DNA of 64,000 bases, taken from NCBI GenBank assembly GCA_965218095.1, contig OZ244587.1:5824001-5888000 (forward strand), written 5' to 3'. The notes under the pieces were generated by a model. It was given only the letters and a program-made list of their open reading frames with translations. It made no database searches and was not told the origin of the DNA. The translations under genes and the position numbers were made by a program. This document shows positions 1 through 10,970 of the stretch, in pieces. This DNA is from Candidatus Poribacteria bacterium. Lineage in GTDB: Bacteria > Poribacteria > WGA-4E > PCPOR2b. Position 1 is the stretch's first letter; each line of letters opens with the position of its first letter.

Positions 1-5
1 TTGAC

Positions 6-2150
6 ATGCTACGGGGGCGCATCCAGATCGCGGCTGACGAAAGTTCTAATACTCTGATTATTAAAGCGTCAGAATCCAACCTCGTTGTACTCAGGGAATT
101 GATTCAACAACTTGACACAACGCCAAGTATTCAAACAGAGTTCCGAGTTTTCCGTTTGGAGTATGCTATCGCCCAGGACGTGGCTCAAACGCTTGAAGAG
201 GTCATCATCGGTCAAAGCGCCGGCAGACGCCCCGGACGGTTCTCAAGGTCGAGCGAGCGACGTGAGTGGATGCGCCGTCGGCAAGAAGTGCGCAAAGAAG
301 GAGAAGGGGAGGGGTATCAAGGTATTATCGGAGTGGTGAATATCTCATCGAATGATCGCTTGAATGCCGTGGTGGTCGGCTCAGATCCACGGAACTTTCC
401 GATTATCGAAAAAATCATCAAGGAACTCGATCAAACCGACCCTCAGGAAGAGATTCGTATCTACTTCCTGAAGTTTGCCGAGGCGGAGGGTTTGAAATAT
501 AACCTCCAAGATCTCTTTGAAGGTGGCAGCACCGGACAGGATCGAAATAGACCGTGGTGGAGGCGAGAGGAACGTCGCCAAACAGGAAATACGGGATTCG
601 GCGTCCAAGGTCCCGTCCACATCGTGTCGGACACCCGATTGAATGCCGTTATGATTTCCACTGCCGAACAGAACTTCGAGACCATTGAGGGTTTAGTCAA
701 ACGCCTCGATGTGAATATGCCAGATCAGGAATGGGGGACACGTATCTACAAATTGAGATATGCGGATGCCGAGAACGTTGCCGATATTATTAACAATGTT
801 TATCAAGGAAGTGGCAATAGGAGCGGCGGCTCTTTCTTTTTCGTTCCCGGCAGAGCACGGAACCGAAACCTGGGTTCGCTCGCCGGAAATGTAACCGCAG
901 AGGCTTACCCTACACTCAATACGATAATTGTCTCCACAGCGACACAACGGAATTTTGAACTCATTACGCAGTTTATTCAGGAGATTGACACGCCGACGCC
1001 AGAAGACCAGAAAGAGGTCACGAAATCTTTTCGCCTCGAATACGCAAATGCAGATGAGCTTGCAGATCTATTGGAAGAGGTATGGGATGAAGATGACGGC
1101 GGCGGCAGTCGATTCAGTTTTGGTCGTTTCTTTGCACGGGGCGGTCGGCTTGAACAGAAAGATATTAACTCGCTGCGCGGCAAAGTTCAGTTGGAAGCAG
1201 ACCCGCAGACCAATTCGCTGGTTGTGACGGCCGCCCAACGATACATGCCAGATATAGAAGCCTTGATCCGTGAACTTGACTTCGTTCGTGGGCAGGTTTG
1301 GATTGACATACAGATCCTCGAAATCACACTGGATGAAAACACAAAGTTGGGGATTGAGTTGACGGCGCGAGAAAAAAATCTGTTCGGGGCAGAGGTGCGC
1401 GAAGGCGATCCGCTGATTGGCGAGTTTGAGTCGAAACTTGGATTGGCACAAGAAATTAGTGGATTCAACATCAGTGTGGCAACAAAGGATTATATGGCCT
1501 TGCTCCACACGCTGATCCGTGAAAACAAAGTGCAAACCATATCGACCCCCGCGCTGCTAACTCGCGATAACCAGCAAGCAACGTGGAGCTCTGGACGACG
1601 CATCCCATTCCTGCAAAGCGTTGATACCAGCAGCCTCTTAGGTGATACGGTGACCCAGCCCTTGTTCAATTATGATTTTATTGAGCCGCCGGTCGGTATC
1701 AACATCACAATCACGCCGCATATTGCAAAGTCGCAAGAAGGTTCCAGCGGAAGACGCACGATCGGATTGGCGATCGAGCAGATCCAAGTGAGTAACTTCA
1801 TTGAGTTCACGGACTTCAACGCGCCGATTACAGAGGATAGTTCGATCAGCGCCTATATTGATGTGGAGGATGCACAGACAATCATCGTTGGCGGAATGAT
1901 TAAGGAAAAACGACAGCAGATCGAGAGTAAGGTGCCGATCCTTGGAGACATTCCCTTTATCGGTGGCCTCTTCAAAAAAACGGAAACCGTGGCAGAAAAC
2001 TCCGAGATTGTCATCATTATCACGCCGCATATTATTGATATCCGAAATCCAGGAGATCGTGGCAGACTGCAAAAGCAGGCTGATGAGTGGCGTTCAAATG
2101 GTCAGGATGGGGCAGATGGAGAACAGGAAGATCAGAAACCGGAGAAATGA
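6..2150 (+). CDS. gspD: Type II secretion system secretin (GspD/PulD family), probably 5'-truncated by the window edge
   Basis: Repeated secretin N3 domains (FRLEYAIAQDVAQTL, IYKLRYADAENVA, D.RLNAV/TNSLVV) and C-terminal secretin motif IIVGGMIKE...KVPILGDIPFIGGLFK...EIVIIITPHII. Confidence 0.92.
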   Translation: MLRGRIQIAADESSNTLIIKASESNLVVLRELIQQLDTTPSIQTEFRVFRLEYAIAQDVAQTLEEVIIGQSAGRRPGRFSRSSERREWMRRRQEVRKEGEGEGYQGIIGVVNISSNDRLNAVVVGSDPRNFPIIEKIIKELDQTDPQEEIRIYFLKFAEAEGLKYNLQDLFEGGSTGQDRNRPWWRREERRQTGNTGFGVQGPVHIVSDTRLNAVMISTAEQNFETIEGLVKRLDVNMPDQEWGTRIYKLRYADAENVADIINNVYQGSGNRSGGSFFFVPGRARNRNLGSLAGNVTAEAYPTLNTIIVSTATQRNFELITQFIQEIDTPTPEDQKEVTKSFRLEYANADELADLLEEVWDEDDGGGSRFSFGRFFARGGRLEQKDINSLRGKVQLEADPQTNSLVVTAAQRYMPDIEALIRELDFVRGQVWIDIQILEITLDENTKLGIELTAREKNLFGAEVREGDPLIGEFESKLGLAQEISGFNISVATKDYMALLHTLIRENKVQTISTPALLTRDNQQATWSSGRRIPFLQSVDTSSLLGDTVTQPLFNYDFIEPPVGINITITPHIAKSQEGSSGRRTIGLAIEQIQVSNFIEFTDFNAPITEDSSISAYIDVEDAQTIIVGGMIKEKRQQIESKVPILGDIPFIGGLFKKTETVAENSEIVIIITPHIIDIRNPGDRGRLQKQADEWRSNGQDGADGEQEDQKPEK

Positions 2151-2166
2151 GAAAGGGGAATTCACC

Positions 2167-2367
2167 ATGATAGACAACAACCCAAACCGTACCCCCTCCA
2201 AGTTGCTAGTCCCTCAACCAACCTTGATGACGGCTGATGAGCTCTGGAAATTGCCAGAAGATGAATACCGATATGAATTGGTGAAAGGAGAAATTCGTCA
2301 AAGGGCGCCTGCCGGAATTGCGCATGGAATTAGAACCGAAAAACTTGCATCTCGACTTTCTTTATAG
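2167..2367 (+). pseudogene. Uma2/DUF820 family endonuclease, N-terminal fragment
   Basis: MTADELWKLPEDEYRYELVKGEIRQRAPAGIAHG is the typical Uma2 N-terminus; the frame stops after 66 aa, next to a repeat element. Confidence 0.75.
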
Positions 2368-2403
2368 TCTAATAGAGACTTTGCGAAGAATTTCAGCGCC
2401 AAA

Positions 2404-2428
2404 GATCCTTCACTTCGTTCAGGATGAC
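2404..2428. repeat. REP-like repeat core GATCCTTCACTTCGTTCAGGATGAC
   Basis: Reverse complement matches the core inside the dispersed elements at 36421-36537 and 53823-53952. Confidence 0.6.
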
Positions 2429-2581
2429 AGATGCCCTTAAAAGTGCAATTTGACGCGGTGTTGAGTATAAAACACTATGAGGACATGACGCCACTTCATG
2501 CCTTTGAGAAATCTAAATCCTTCCCTACTCTTCCCTCAGTTCTTCCTGTGAAAATATGGCGTTTACCTGCCGCCCCTCCTG

Positions 2582-3264
2582 ATGGATTTCTGTATCAGCA
2601 GCATCCTCACAAACGCCTCCTTCTACTCCAGCTACCTTCATCTTTCCTCGACAACCCTCGGCACATTCATGGCACTATGTACCGCATGCTTTGTCACACT
2701 TGCGATTCCCTTCGGCCGGCTCTCTGATCGGGCTGAGCGAACATACCTACTTTCCGCCGCATGCCTTTTGCTTGGAGGCGTGAGTTTCATTTTCCTATTC
2801 TGCCTTAGCAAACTCCAGCTTGCAATCGTTTTCCCGTACCTCGGCGTCAGTATGGCGCTTTTTTGGCCCGCCTACGAAACATGGCTTGCAGAACGCGAAG
2901 GCGTTGGTAGTCTGATTAAGCGCATAATGATTTTGGGAATAAGTAGTTACTGGCTTAAATCAACCGCAGAGGCGCAGAGGGCGCAGAGTTTTTTTAATTC
3001 TTCTCTGTGTTCTCTGCGTTAAATAAGCGTGTTACGACTTATGAAGAAACGAATAAATCGGAGATTTATTGTGTTTCCTCTTGCGAAATGTCAAGCCTTA
3101 ATCTACTTATTGCGATGATTTTTAATCTATTCTGGAGTATCGGGATTACGTTCGTCCCCTTTATTTCTGGCTATCTCTATCGTAATTCAAATCCGTTTAT
3201 TCCCTTCTACCTTGCGGGTGGTTTCAGCATCATCAACTGGCTCGGGATCTCCTTCCAAGCTTGA
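2582..3264 (+). pseudogene. MFS transporter remnant interrupted by a MITE
   Basis: MFS motif A-like FGRLSDRAER plus TM segments; removing 2935-3122 restores GSLIKRIMIFNLFWSIGITFVPFISGYL. Confidence 0.75.
2935..3114. mobile_element. 180-bp MITE with 8-bp target-site duplication
   Basis: ATGATTTT at 2927-2934 and 3115-3122; imperfect TIRs GGGAATAAGTAG / CTACTTATTGCG; internal ACCGCAGAGGCGCAGAG...CTCTGTGTTCTCTGCG palindrome. Confidence 0.8.
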
Positions 3265-3432
3265 TTGCACAAAGGGATTCAAAGCCATCTGACTGATGAT
3301 ACCAATAAGGGATGATTGAACGAGCTCCGAAGTTGTTCTACCGCCTTGAGTCTGCTTTTCCAATTCCACCCCTTTACGCATAAATCTCTCCTTGTACCCT
3401 CGATCTCGCTTCACGTTTCACGCCTCACACAC

Positions 3433-5607
3433 TCACTTTAAGAGTTCCAGAATGTAGAATTGTCCTGGGCCGCCTCGATTCCACCAAGCATTCACGCGAA
3501 TCGCGTATTGACCATCCGCCGGCAGTTCATAATCCGCGATCAGCGAGTCGAGTGTGCCATCATCGTCGTTGCGGGCAAGTTGGCGACCGTCAGGACCATA
3601 AAGGTAAAGGTAAGAATCAAGCGGTGAGCCAATGACTTGGGCGGTGATGTCAACCGTAATTACATCGCCCTGCTTACCCTCAAACAAAAAGTAATCCCGA
3701 TCCCCTCGACGTCCAACCTCACCAGACTGTTCACCGCCGTAACGGATACGTGTCCCATCCTCACGGGAATCAGCGTGATCATCAAGACTATCGTCGGAGT
3801 CATCATCGCTATCATTGTCGTTGTCTCCGTCCGGGGCTTCAGTATTGCCGAATGCCGTAAATGCATCATCTGGAACGGCAGCTTTGCTCTCTGTGTTTCT
3901 TGCGCCTAACCCGTCGAGTTCGCGTCTTGCCGCCACGCTTGGGCGGACTGAAAGTTCGACAGACAACGTGGTTTCTTCAAGTGCTGACTCAACCAGAATC
4001 TCTGCGGTGTAGTCGCCTGCACTGAGGGTTCGCGTATCATAAGAGATTGTCAAAGTTCCAACACCGCCGGGATGGATGGTCAGAGATGTCGGTTGAAAGT
4101 CAAGCCAAAGTTTCGGCTTTTCAATGCGGATGTGAAGCGATTTAGTATGCCGCCCTTGATTTGAGATCATGACAGTTTGTGTATCCGTCTGCCTAGCCAT
4201 CAGTTCAATCGTGATCTGTCGTGGGGTGATTTCCAATCCGGTGTCCATCAGATCTGGTTCGGCAATATCCGGTTGGTCCGGTTCAGCCTGCGCATAGCGG
4301 ACTGCAGCATAGGAGTCTAGCTTGCCTGCGCCGTAAGTGCTATCGAGCCCCGGCACACCGAGATCGAATGCGGTTTGTTTGAGTATCCACCGCAGATCAG
4401 CGACAGTCAAATCCGGATCGGCTTCCAGTAACAGGGCGACGGCTCCCATGGCCTGAGCACAGGCGAGCATTTCTCCACGACCATCCCTCACTGTGCCATC
4501 GATTGAGGCGATGCGCAGATTCGTTGCTGGCGCCGATAGATCCGGAACGATACGCGGATCGAATGCGACCGAACGATTTTCCCCAAACAAAATAACCCCA
4601 TCCCGATTATCTAATGTCCCCACGGCGAAAGGATTCACGGGGATCGGAACGTCACGAAGCTCGGGTGGTATATGGACATCAAGCCCAACAGTAATCACGC
4701 AAAAGATCTCCAGCCGGCACAGATTATCAACCGCTTTTGCGCAGGCAACATCACGAGCAAAGTCCGCTTTGCTCAACGGCACATTGATGACTTTTGGTGC
4801 ATCTCGTGTTTGGAGGTTTCCGTCCAAATCGGCCATCCACTCTAAGCCCGCGTAGATCCAAGACGCATAGCCGCCCTCCGGCGTCATAACCTTCGTTGCG
4901 ATCCAGTTCGCATCCGGGGCAACGCCTAACGGTTGTTAATCGACATCTCTGCCTGTGATCAGGCTCAACATCCCCGTGCCAAGCCCCATATCGTCGTAGG
5001 GGGTAGTTTGTGAGGCGCAGGTATCAAACTAACTCCCGCGATAGGTTGCGCGAAGATTCGCCACAGACAGATTAGCTCCCGTTCCCAACACACCGATTGT
5101 AACCCCTTTTCCGGTGATATGAAGTTCATTCCAAACCCGTCTCACAGCCTTCATTTTATCAAGCGCACTTTGATCTGATTGTGCTTAATCGTAGAAAAGT
5201 TGAGGCCGGGGATAAAAACGATCCGGCAAAATCATACGGACACCAGCGTGTGTCGAGATCTGCCTCAACATCTTTGGAGTTGCAATGACATGCAAACCGT
5301 TAAATATCCAGAAACTTCGATACGACTTGACGCTGCCGTCCGCTAGCTCTTTGGAAAGCGCCTTGATCAGCCCACCCTGTGTCCGATTTGCGGTCTGCTG
5401 CAAAGCGGTTATCTTGGCATGGGTCCCCGCAATCCGTCGAAGATTCACCTGCCGCGACATGACGACGATAGCACGTATAAAATCGTTCGGGGGTGTCTTT
5501 TCCAATTGCTCCTTTATTTTATCATCCAGGGTTGCTCCCCCATTGAGTGAAGATAATGACACAACAAGAAGAACACCAAAAAAATTAAGCAGTGTGCGTT
5601 TCATCAA
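3433..5607 (-). pseudogene. Secreted S8 subtilase-fold protein (signal peptide, I9-like propeptide, degenerate catalytic domain, Ig-like and PPC domains) with 3 in-frame stops
   Basis: One continuous frame 5607-3433 with TAA 5185-87, TAG 5029-31 and TAA 4936-38; motifs ITGKGVTIGVLGTG, GVAPDANWIA, PDLSAPA, GAVALLL, YGAGKLD; C-terminal PPC (GDRDYFLF...LDSYLYLYGPDG...NDD). Confidence 0.8.
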
Positions 5608-5715
5608 GATCCCTCCCCAATGCTAAATTCTTTAATGTCAACCATCAATTTTCGCTCCATTTGTAGAACCGGTTTTGTACTCCTGAAGAAATGGTCTGGA
5701 CTTTTCAGGGGGTAT

Positions 5716-6417
5716 TTACCGATGGGCGACGACAATAAACCCTGTCAAGCCGCCAAGTAAAATCTGAAAACCGGTCTGGTAAAGTAAGATGACAAAAGGT
5801 TGGCAGAGGAAAACTAACCCGAGGGCAATTGCACTGATTGAGATGTGCTCGATTAACAATTTTCGCGGGGATACAATTGTAGTCACAATTATGCCTGTCA
5901 GAATGAGATGAAGTCCAGTACCCTGCAGAAGTTGATTAAAGGGTTGATAAAGAAAGACAAGCCCCGTGACCACAATCAACGCCGTTACAATCTCCGCTAG
6001 CCTTTTCAGATTTGTTGTCATGCCGAAAGCGATTGCGCTTGCCGAAAGCAGATAGAAAGCAGAACCCTGTAAAATCGGGAAGGTAGGCAGATAAAGGAAT
6101 ACAAATCCCAGGATCAATACCAGCCCGGCGATAACTTCGACAATTCGTTTATTAGAAAAGAAGATTGCCGATAAGATTGCGGAAATGACCAGCAGCGGCA
6201 ATGCGAGCCCCTTGAGCAGGATCGAATTCGGTTGATAGAGGGACTGAAATAGCTGATGGAGAAATTGAAGTAAAGGGATAGCTCCTGAGATTTTGTAAAT
6301 CATAAAAAGCGGCAGAGTCATTGCTCTCACCAGCATATTATTCGGTTGATAAAGAAACACCAAACTGTAAATCAGGGTTACACCGGCGATCAGTTGATTG
6401 CGACATTGCTTTGTCAT
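5716..6417 (-). CDS. Multi-pass membrane protein with internal FLYQP repeats
   Basis: Hydrophobic 233-aa ORF with five LVFLYQP-like motifs. Confidence 0.7.
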   Translation of the reverse strand: MTKQCRNQLIAGVTLIYSLVFLYQPNNMLVRAMTLPLFMIYKISGAIPLLQFLHQLFQSLYQPNSILLKGLALPLLVISAILSAIFFSNKRIVEVIAGLVLILGFVFLYLPTFPILQGSAFYLLSASAIAFGMTTNLKRLAEIVTALIVVTGLVFLYQPFNQLLQGTGLHLILTGIIVTTIVSPRKLLIEHISISAIALGLVFLCQPFVILLYQTGFQILLGGLTGFIVVAHR

Positions 6418-6513
6418 TGATTAAGATTCCTAAAAGTCTAGATAAGCTGAGGTGGACTATGCTATAATTGGACAGTACACTTCCAAATCTAAAAATGGGG
6501 AGTCGGGGAAGAT

Positions 6514-7203
6514 ATGAATCCAAAAATCTCAATGATTGGCACGGGAAATTGGGGAAAGATTCTAATTCAAAAATTTCATCAACTCGGCAGGCCGCATCTT
6601 GTTTGCGGGCATCAGAATCGGGATGTGCTGGAACCACTGAACTTACGTTTCACAGAGGATATTGACGCGTTAATCAAAGAAAGTGACGCGGTGGTCGTTG
6701 CGACGCCGTCGGAAACGCATGCGGAAGTTGGTCAGCGTGTACTTTCTGCGAAAAAAGATCTGTTTCTCGAAAAGCCAATCGCGCTTTCGTCATCAGAGGC
6801 GAAAGATCTTGCTAAACTTGCTGATGCTTCGGATCGCCTCTTCATGGTTGGTCACACGCTTTGCTACTCAACTAGCTTTCAATAGCTGAACAAATTTCTT
6901 GGCGATCCGGTCGCCGCCGATGCAAAATCCTTAAAAACATCAACGGAGGAGAAATACCTCAACGCCTACTGGAATTTCGGCGTCCACATGGTTGCTCTGG
7001 CGGTAGCATTAGATATTCCACCAAAACAACTGACATTGGAAGCATCGGATCAAGCCCCTGCAAATCAGCGAACTTTTGAGTTGCAAACACGAACTGATGA
7101 TGGCAAGACCCACACGTTGATGTGGAATTTTCTCGCTCCTGAGAATCAAGAGGATATGCTGATGGTTGAATGCCAGCATTTCCTAGATTGTTTAAGGCGA
7201 TGA
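6514..7203 (+). pseudogene. Gfo/Idh/MocA oxidoreductase, in-frame TAG at 6883-6885
   Basis: IGTGNWG, VVVATPSETH, LFLEKPIA and MVGH motifs; the same frame continues after the stop to ECQHFLDCL. Confidence 0.8.
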
Positions 7204-7287
7204 CAGAAGCCGCGCACAGATGGGTGGCAAGGAGTTCAAACGATTCAGATTCTGGCGAAGATTCATCCCGAACAGCGGCAGTAAGTT

Positions 7288-7779
7288 TTAGGCGCCTTTG
7301 GGGTTTCGTCTGAAAAGGTTCCAAAACCCTTTACGGGAAGCAGCCTCAGCCTCCTCCCTTAACTGAATCTGTTCTGTTAGCTCAGTCTGTAAAGTCTCAA
7401 CCTTCTGTTGCAACTCTTTGATGCGGTGCTGCGATTGCCTGTTTTGTTCCTGTAGTTCATGGTTCTTACCAGTCAAATTAGTATTCTCCCCTTGGATGAG
7501 CATGAGATGTAATACCTGACAGGCGAGGTTCTCAATAATGTCCGATGTTGGAATATTAAAAGCCAGTTTGGTGATGAGTAACGGCAGCCCCTCGCAATTC
7601 AGAAGAGGCGTTTGAGGTTGGGGAATTGAGGGGTTAAGGTTATCTCTTTCTGCCTTCGCCTTGGGTTCATGGAGGTAGCCGGCGAGATCTTCATCGCGGC
7701 GTTCAAGGGTATGCCTGACGATAACCTCTTCGACGCCTATCATATTAGCGATTTCTGATACGGTGAGCGGGGCGGGCAT
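7288..7779 (-). CDS. HTH + coiled-coil protein with C-terminal amphipathic helix
   Basis: N-terminal LTVSEIANMIGV, Q/E-rich coiled coil, C-terminal RKGFWNLFRR. Confidence 0.7.
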   Translation of the reverse strand: MPAPLTVSEIANMIGVEEVIVRHTLERRDEDLAGYLHEPKAKAERDNLNPSIPQPQTPLLNCEGLPLLITKLAFNIPTSDIIENLACQVLHLMLIQGENTNLTGKNHELQEQNRQSQHRIKELQQKVETLQTELTEQIQLREEAEAASRKGFWNLFRRNPKGA

Positions 7780-7907
7780 GCTTTATTTCCCTTACATTCT
7801 TTGTGGTTTGCACACATTTTCGTTTTGAATTTGGTTTCTACACATTATAGCACATCCGAGAACCACAGGACAAGTACAGCACGATTTATGCCTTCTTGTG
7901 ACGAGGC

Positions 7908-8543
7908 TCACCCTGCTTGCTGCAATATGCGAAACAATCGCCAACCATAGGTCCACACTGAAATCAACGAAAACACCAAACCGACGCATAGCACGTAGAA
8001 AGGGAGGGATGAAGGTATTAAGATTTTCTTTTGCTCTCCTAAGATATAGAGCACCAAAGCTGTTGAAAGGAAGAAAGTCGTGCATTTACCCCACCAATTA
8101 GATCGGGCAATTAGCCGTGTTCGATGAAACAGCACGATGTTGGCAATTACAATCAAAATATCTCGAATCATCACAACGCCAAAAGCCCAGCGTGGAAAAC
8201 CTTGATTAGATAAAATCAGGGTAAGAATCACGGCGCTGATTATCGTTTTATCAGCAATTGGATCCAGAATTCTCCCCAGATTGGTACGCTGATTCAAACG
8301 TCGCGCAAAGTAACCATCAAGCGCATCAGATAGAATTGCTATCCCCCCTATCGTCAACGCCGTGAAGTGGTAGCGCTGAATGATGCTGTAAAAGATGAAT
8401 GGGATAAGCCCAATCCGCATCATGGACAATAGATTGCTGACATAGAAAAAGTCTCGCACCGCGACTAGAGAATCAGATGTTTGGGTAGAGCGATTTGGGT
8501 CTAAATTACTTCGCATCATTTCTCTTGATTTCAAAGGCAGCAA
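7908..8543 (-). CDS. pgsA: CDP-alcohol phosphatidyltransferase (PgsA-like); start uncertain
   Basis: NLLSMMR and the signature SDALDGYFARRLNQRTNLGRILDPIADK. Confidence 0.88.
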   Translation of the reverse strand: MLPLKSREMMRSNLDPNRSTQTSDSLVAVRDFFYVSNLLSMMRIGLIPFIFYSIIQRYHFTALTIGGIAILSDALDGYFARRLNQRTNLGRILDPIADKTIISAVILTLILSNQGFPRWAFGVVMIRDILIVIANIVLFHRTRLIARSNWWGKCTTFFLSTALVLYILGEQKKILIPSSLPFYVLCVGLVFSLISVWTYGWRLFRILQQAG

Positions 8544-8574
8544 AAGGATTAAGGGTGGAGATAAGTGCTGTTCA

Positions 8575-8746
8575 TAGGGATCAAGTTAAGGACTGAAATA
8601 CGCTGATTTCGCGGATTGAAGCGGATTTCTTATTCCGTTGGCTTCGACAGCCAATGTCCGAATCCGCGTCTAACAAGGATTCGCAATTTATTGTTGGGGC
8701 CCAATCGAGAGCGGTACAGCACCAATTTCCGTTAAATTGATCCCTA
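8575..8746. mobile_element. MITE-like element flanked by 22-bp direct repeats
   Basis: TIRs TAGGGATCAAGTTAA / TTAAATTGATCCCTA; GGGTGGRGATAAGTGCYGTTCA at 8553-8574 and 8749-8770. Confidence 0.65.
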
Positions 8747-8767
8747 TGGGGTGGGGATAAGTGCCGT

Positions 8768-9478
8768 TCAATTCAGAGACGCCTTTTTCCACGGAGGTAT
8801 GTCAGTCGGTTCGCCTTTTTCCAGGGTTCTTCGAGCGATTAGATTCGCCCTCAATTTTTGGTTTTCTTGTTCAAGGAGTTCGATTTCTCGACTCAAAAGC
8901 TGATCTATCGACAATGTTTCTAACAACCGTTGTTTGTCCGTTAAAGGAATTTGTAGCCTTATCCCGATCTGGTAAGACAGGTGGTCAGGGGCAGGTGGAA
9001 TCTCTTCTACAGCTTTCCAGTCAGGAACCAACTCCGCCAATAACGATTCGTAAGCCTGATATAATTGGCTTGCTCCCACAGCCGACATTCTAAGATCGTC
9101 GTGTGTTTCTGCATTATCCGTCCCCAATGCCCTGACTTGACCCACTAAATAGGGCAGATCTCGCCGAATCTTCATAATTTCAAAGCGGTGCTGTCCGAGT
9201 GTTAGCAGGTTCATTCGACCGTCTTCCAACCGATCTACTTCTATGATTTTGACAGCAGTGCCAACGAGATGGGGTTCGGCAGGTTCACCCACTTCCCGTC
9301 CCTTTTTGATGAGAACGACGCCAAAAAGTCGCTCGTTATCCAGGCAAAATTGGATCATCAATCGATATCGCTGTTCAAAAATATGAAGTGGCAAAACGCC
9401 TCCCGGAAACAGGACAACATTCAGCGGAAAGAGCGGCATTTCGTCCTCAGACAGTTCTTGGGTTAAATCGGTTTGCAT
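8768..9478 (-). CDS. LON peptidase substrate-binding domain protein
   Basis: MPLFPLNVVLFPGGVLPLHIFEQRYRLMI, FGVVLI, LEDGRMNLLTLGQHRF, KQRLLE. Confidence 0.9.
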   Translation of the reverse strand: MQTDLTQELSEDEMPLFPLNVVLFPGGVLPLHIFEQRYRLMIQFCLDNERLFGVVLIKKGREVGEPAEPHLVGTAVKIIEVDRLEDGRMNLLTLGQHRFEIMKIRRDLPYLVGQVRALGTDNAETHDDLRMSAVGASQLYQAYESLLAELVPDWKAVEEIPPAPDHLSYQIGIRLQIPLTDKQRLLETLSIDQLLSREIELLEQENQKLRANLIARRTLEKGEPTDIPPWKKASLN

Positions 9479-9614
9479 GGTTTAACTCCTGATTCCGTCG
9501 ATGGAAATAAAAGTTGTGTGTCCATTAATTTCAAGTTTAGCACACGATACGACAGGTGTCAATAGAGAAATGAGTAGAATTAAGGAGAAAGGGAAGAAAG
9601 AAAGGAATGGAAGA

Positions 9615-10899
9615 ATGACAAACATCAACATTTGTAATCCGCTGCTTCGCACACCGTTATCGCTGATCGTCGATGACTCGTGTCCTGTCATTAATCTGAC
9701 TTATTACTAGATCCAGCAGCGCGATGCGTGGAAGGCAAAACACCAGCCCGGTGTCCCACCGGATCGATGGGAAGGTGAACTAGCGAAGGTGGCCAGCCTA
9801 TCGCGGACGATTCCCGTCGCGGACGATTCCCGCGGATTTCGCCAGAGAGTGGGGGGAGTGGTGCTGGGAAAATGGGATCAAAGGCAAATTCAGCTTGATC
9901 CCTTACCCTGCGGGTGTTGGACGAGTTAATCAGGGGTTTCCCGGTTTCCCGAAATGGGAATATCATGAGTGGATGCACATTTATCGGGACATTATCTGGC
10001 CCAACTTCGATCTGACACCCGAGATGCTGACCCACACCGCTGTCGTGGACTTGAAGACCTTTGAATTGACGGAAGCGTGGGAGCAGCGAGAGTGGGTCGA
10101 TCCGCCCGTCGAATTGCTGACAGATTATATTGCAGCGGCGATGCAACTGCTTGATAACGTCGGCATGCCGTGCGAAGGCGTGACAAGTCCGGGAGCATTC
10201 GGTAAACACAAGGAGGCGGCATACGCGAGGGCAGTCCTTGATGCGTCACTCTGCGTGAACAACGATCCGCGTCCGCTCTATTTCCTGTGGCTTAAACGCG
10301 ATGAATTTCCTGATGTACCGATTTGGTATGCAGAGAAGGAGAAAGGCATCGCAATCGCCAGCATCGTGGCGTGTGCAGGGGATTGGTTCGGCGGTTGGAC
10401 AGGGTATGACCGAGGCAATCCGGATCTGCTCATTACCAAAGATCTGCAGGGTGGTCGCCTGCCGCCGATTCTCGAAAAAGAACTACCGTGCGTTCTCGTT
10501 GGGCATTGGCCCGTCTTCCATTTCAACGGAGAGAAAATTGGTTTTGATGTCCTTGAGAAAGTCAAGTGGAGACTTGATGACTATGACCCCAACGGTACGA
10601 AGACGATATGGTTAAAAACATCGGAGATTGGACGCTACTGTATGGCGCGACAGTTGTCCGACATTGAGGTCATAGATGAACAGATTCGGGTCAGGACAAA
10701 TTTTCCGGCGGCGAATTTTACGCTGGAACTTAGCGATTTTGCGGTACAACATGTCCAACTCAACGGCATCAATCTGCGGCAAGTCCATTCACGGCGAGAT
10801 TTTCAGCGTGATACGTTCCTCGTCGAAGGGAAACGAATGTTTCTGGCGTTTGATCTGCCGGTAGGAGAGACGATCGCCGATGTAATGCGTGATACGTAA
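9615..10899 (+). pseudogene. Conserved hypothetical protein (deacetylase/GH-like barrel), disrupted
   Basis: PLSLIVDDSCP N-terminus; TAG at 9708-9710; 16-bp tandem duplication TCGCGGACGATTCCCG at 9801-9832; long ORF resumes at 9895. Confidence 0.65.
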
Positions 10900-10970
10900 A
10901 ACGTGAAACGTAAAAAGATATGAGAAAACGTTACCCAGCGAAAAACTCGCAAAAAGAAGAGGTGAAGCAA

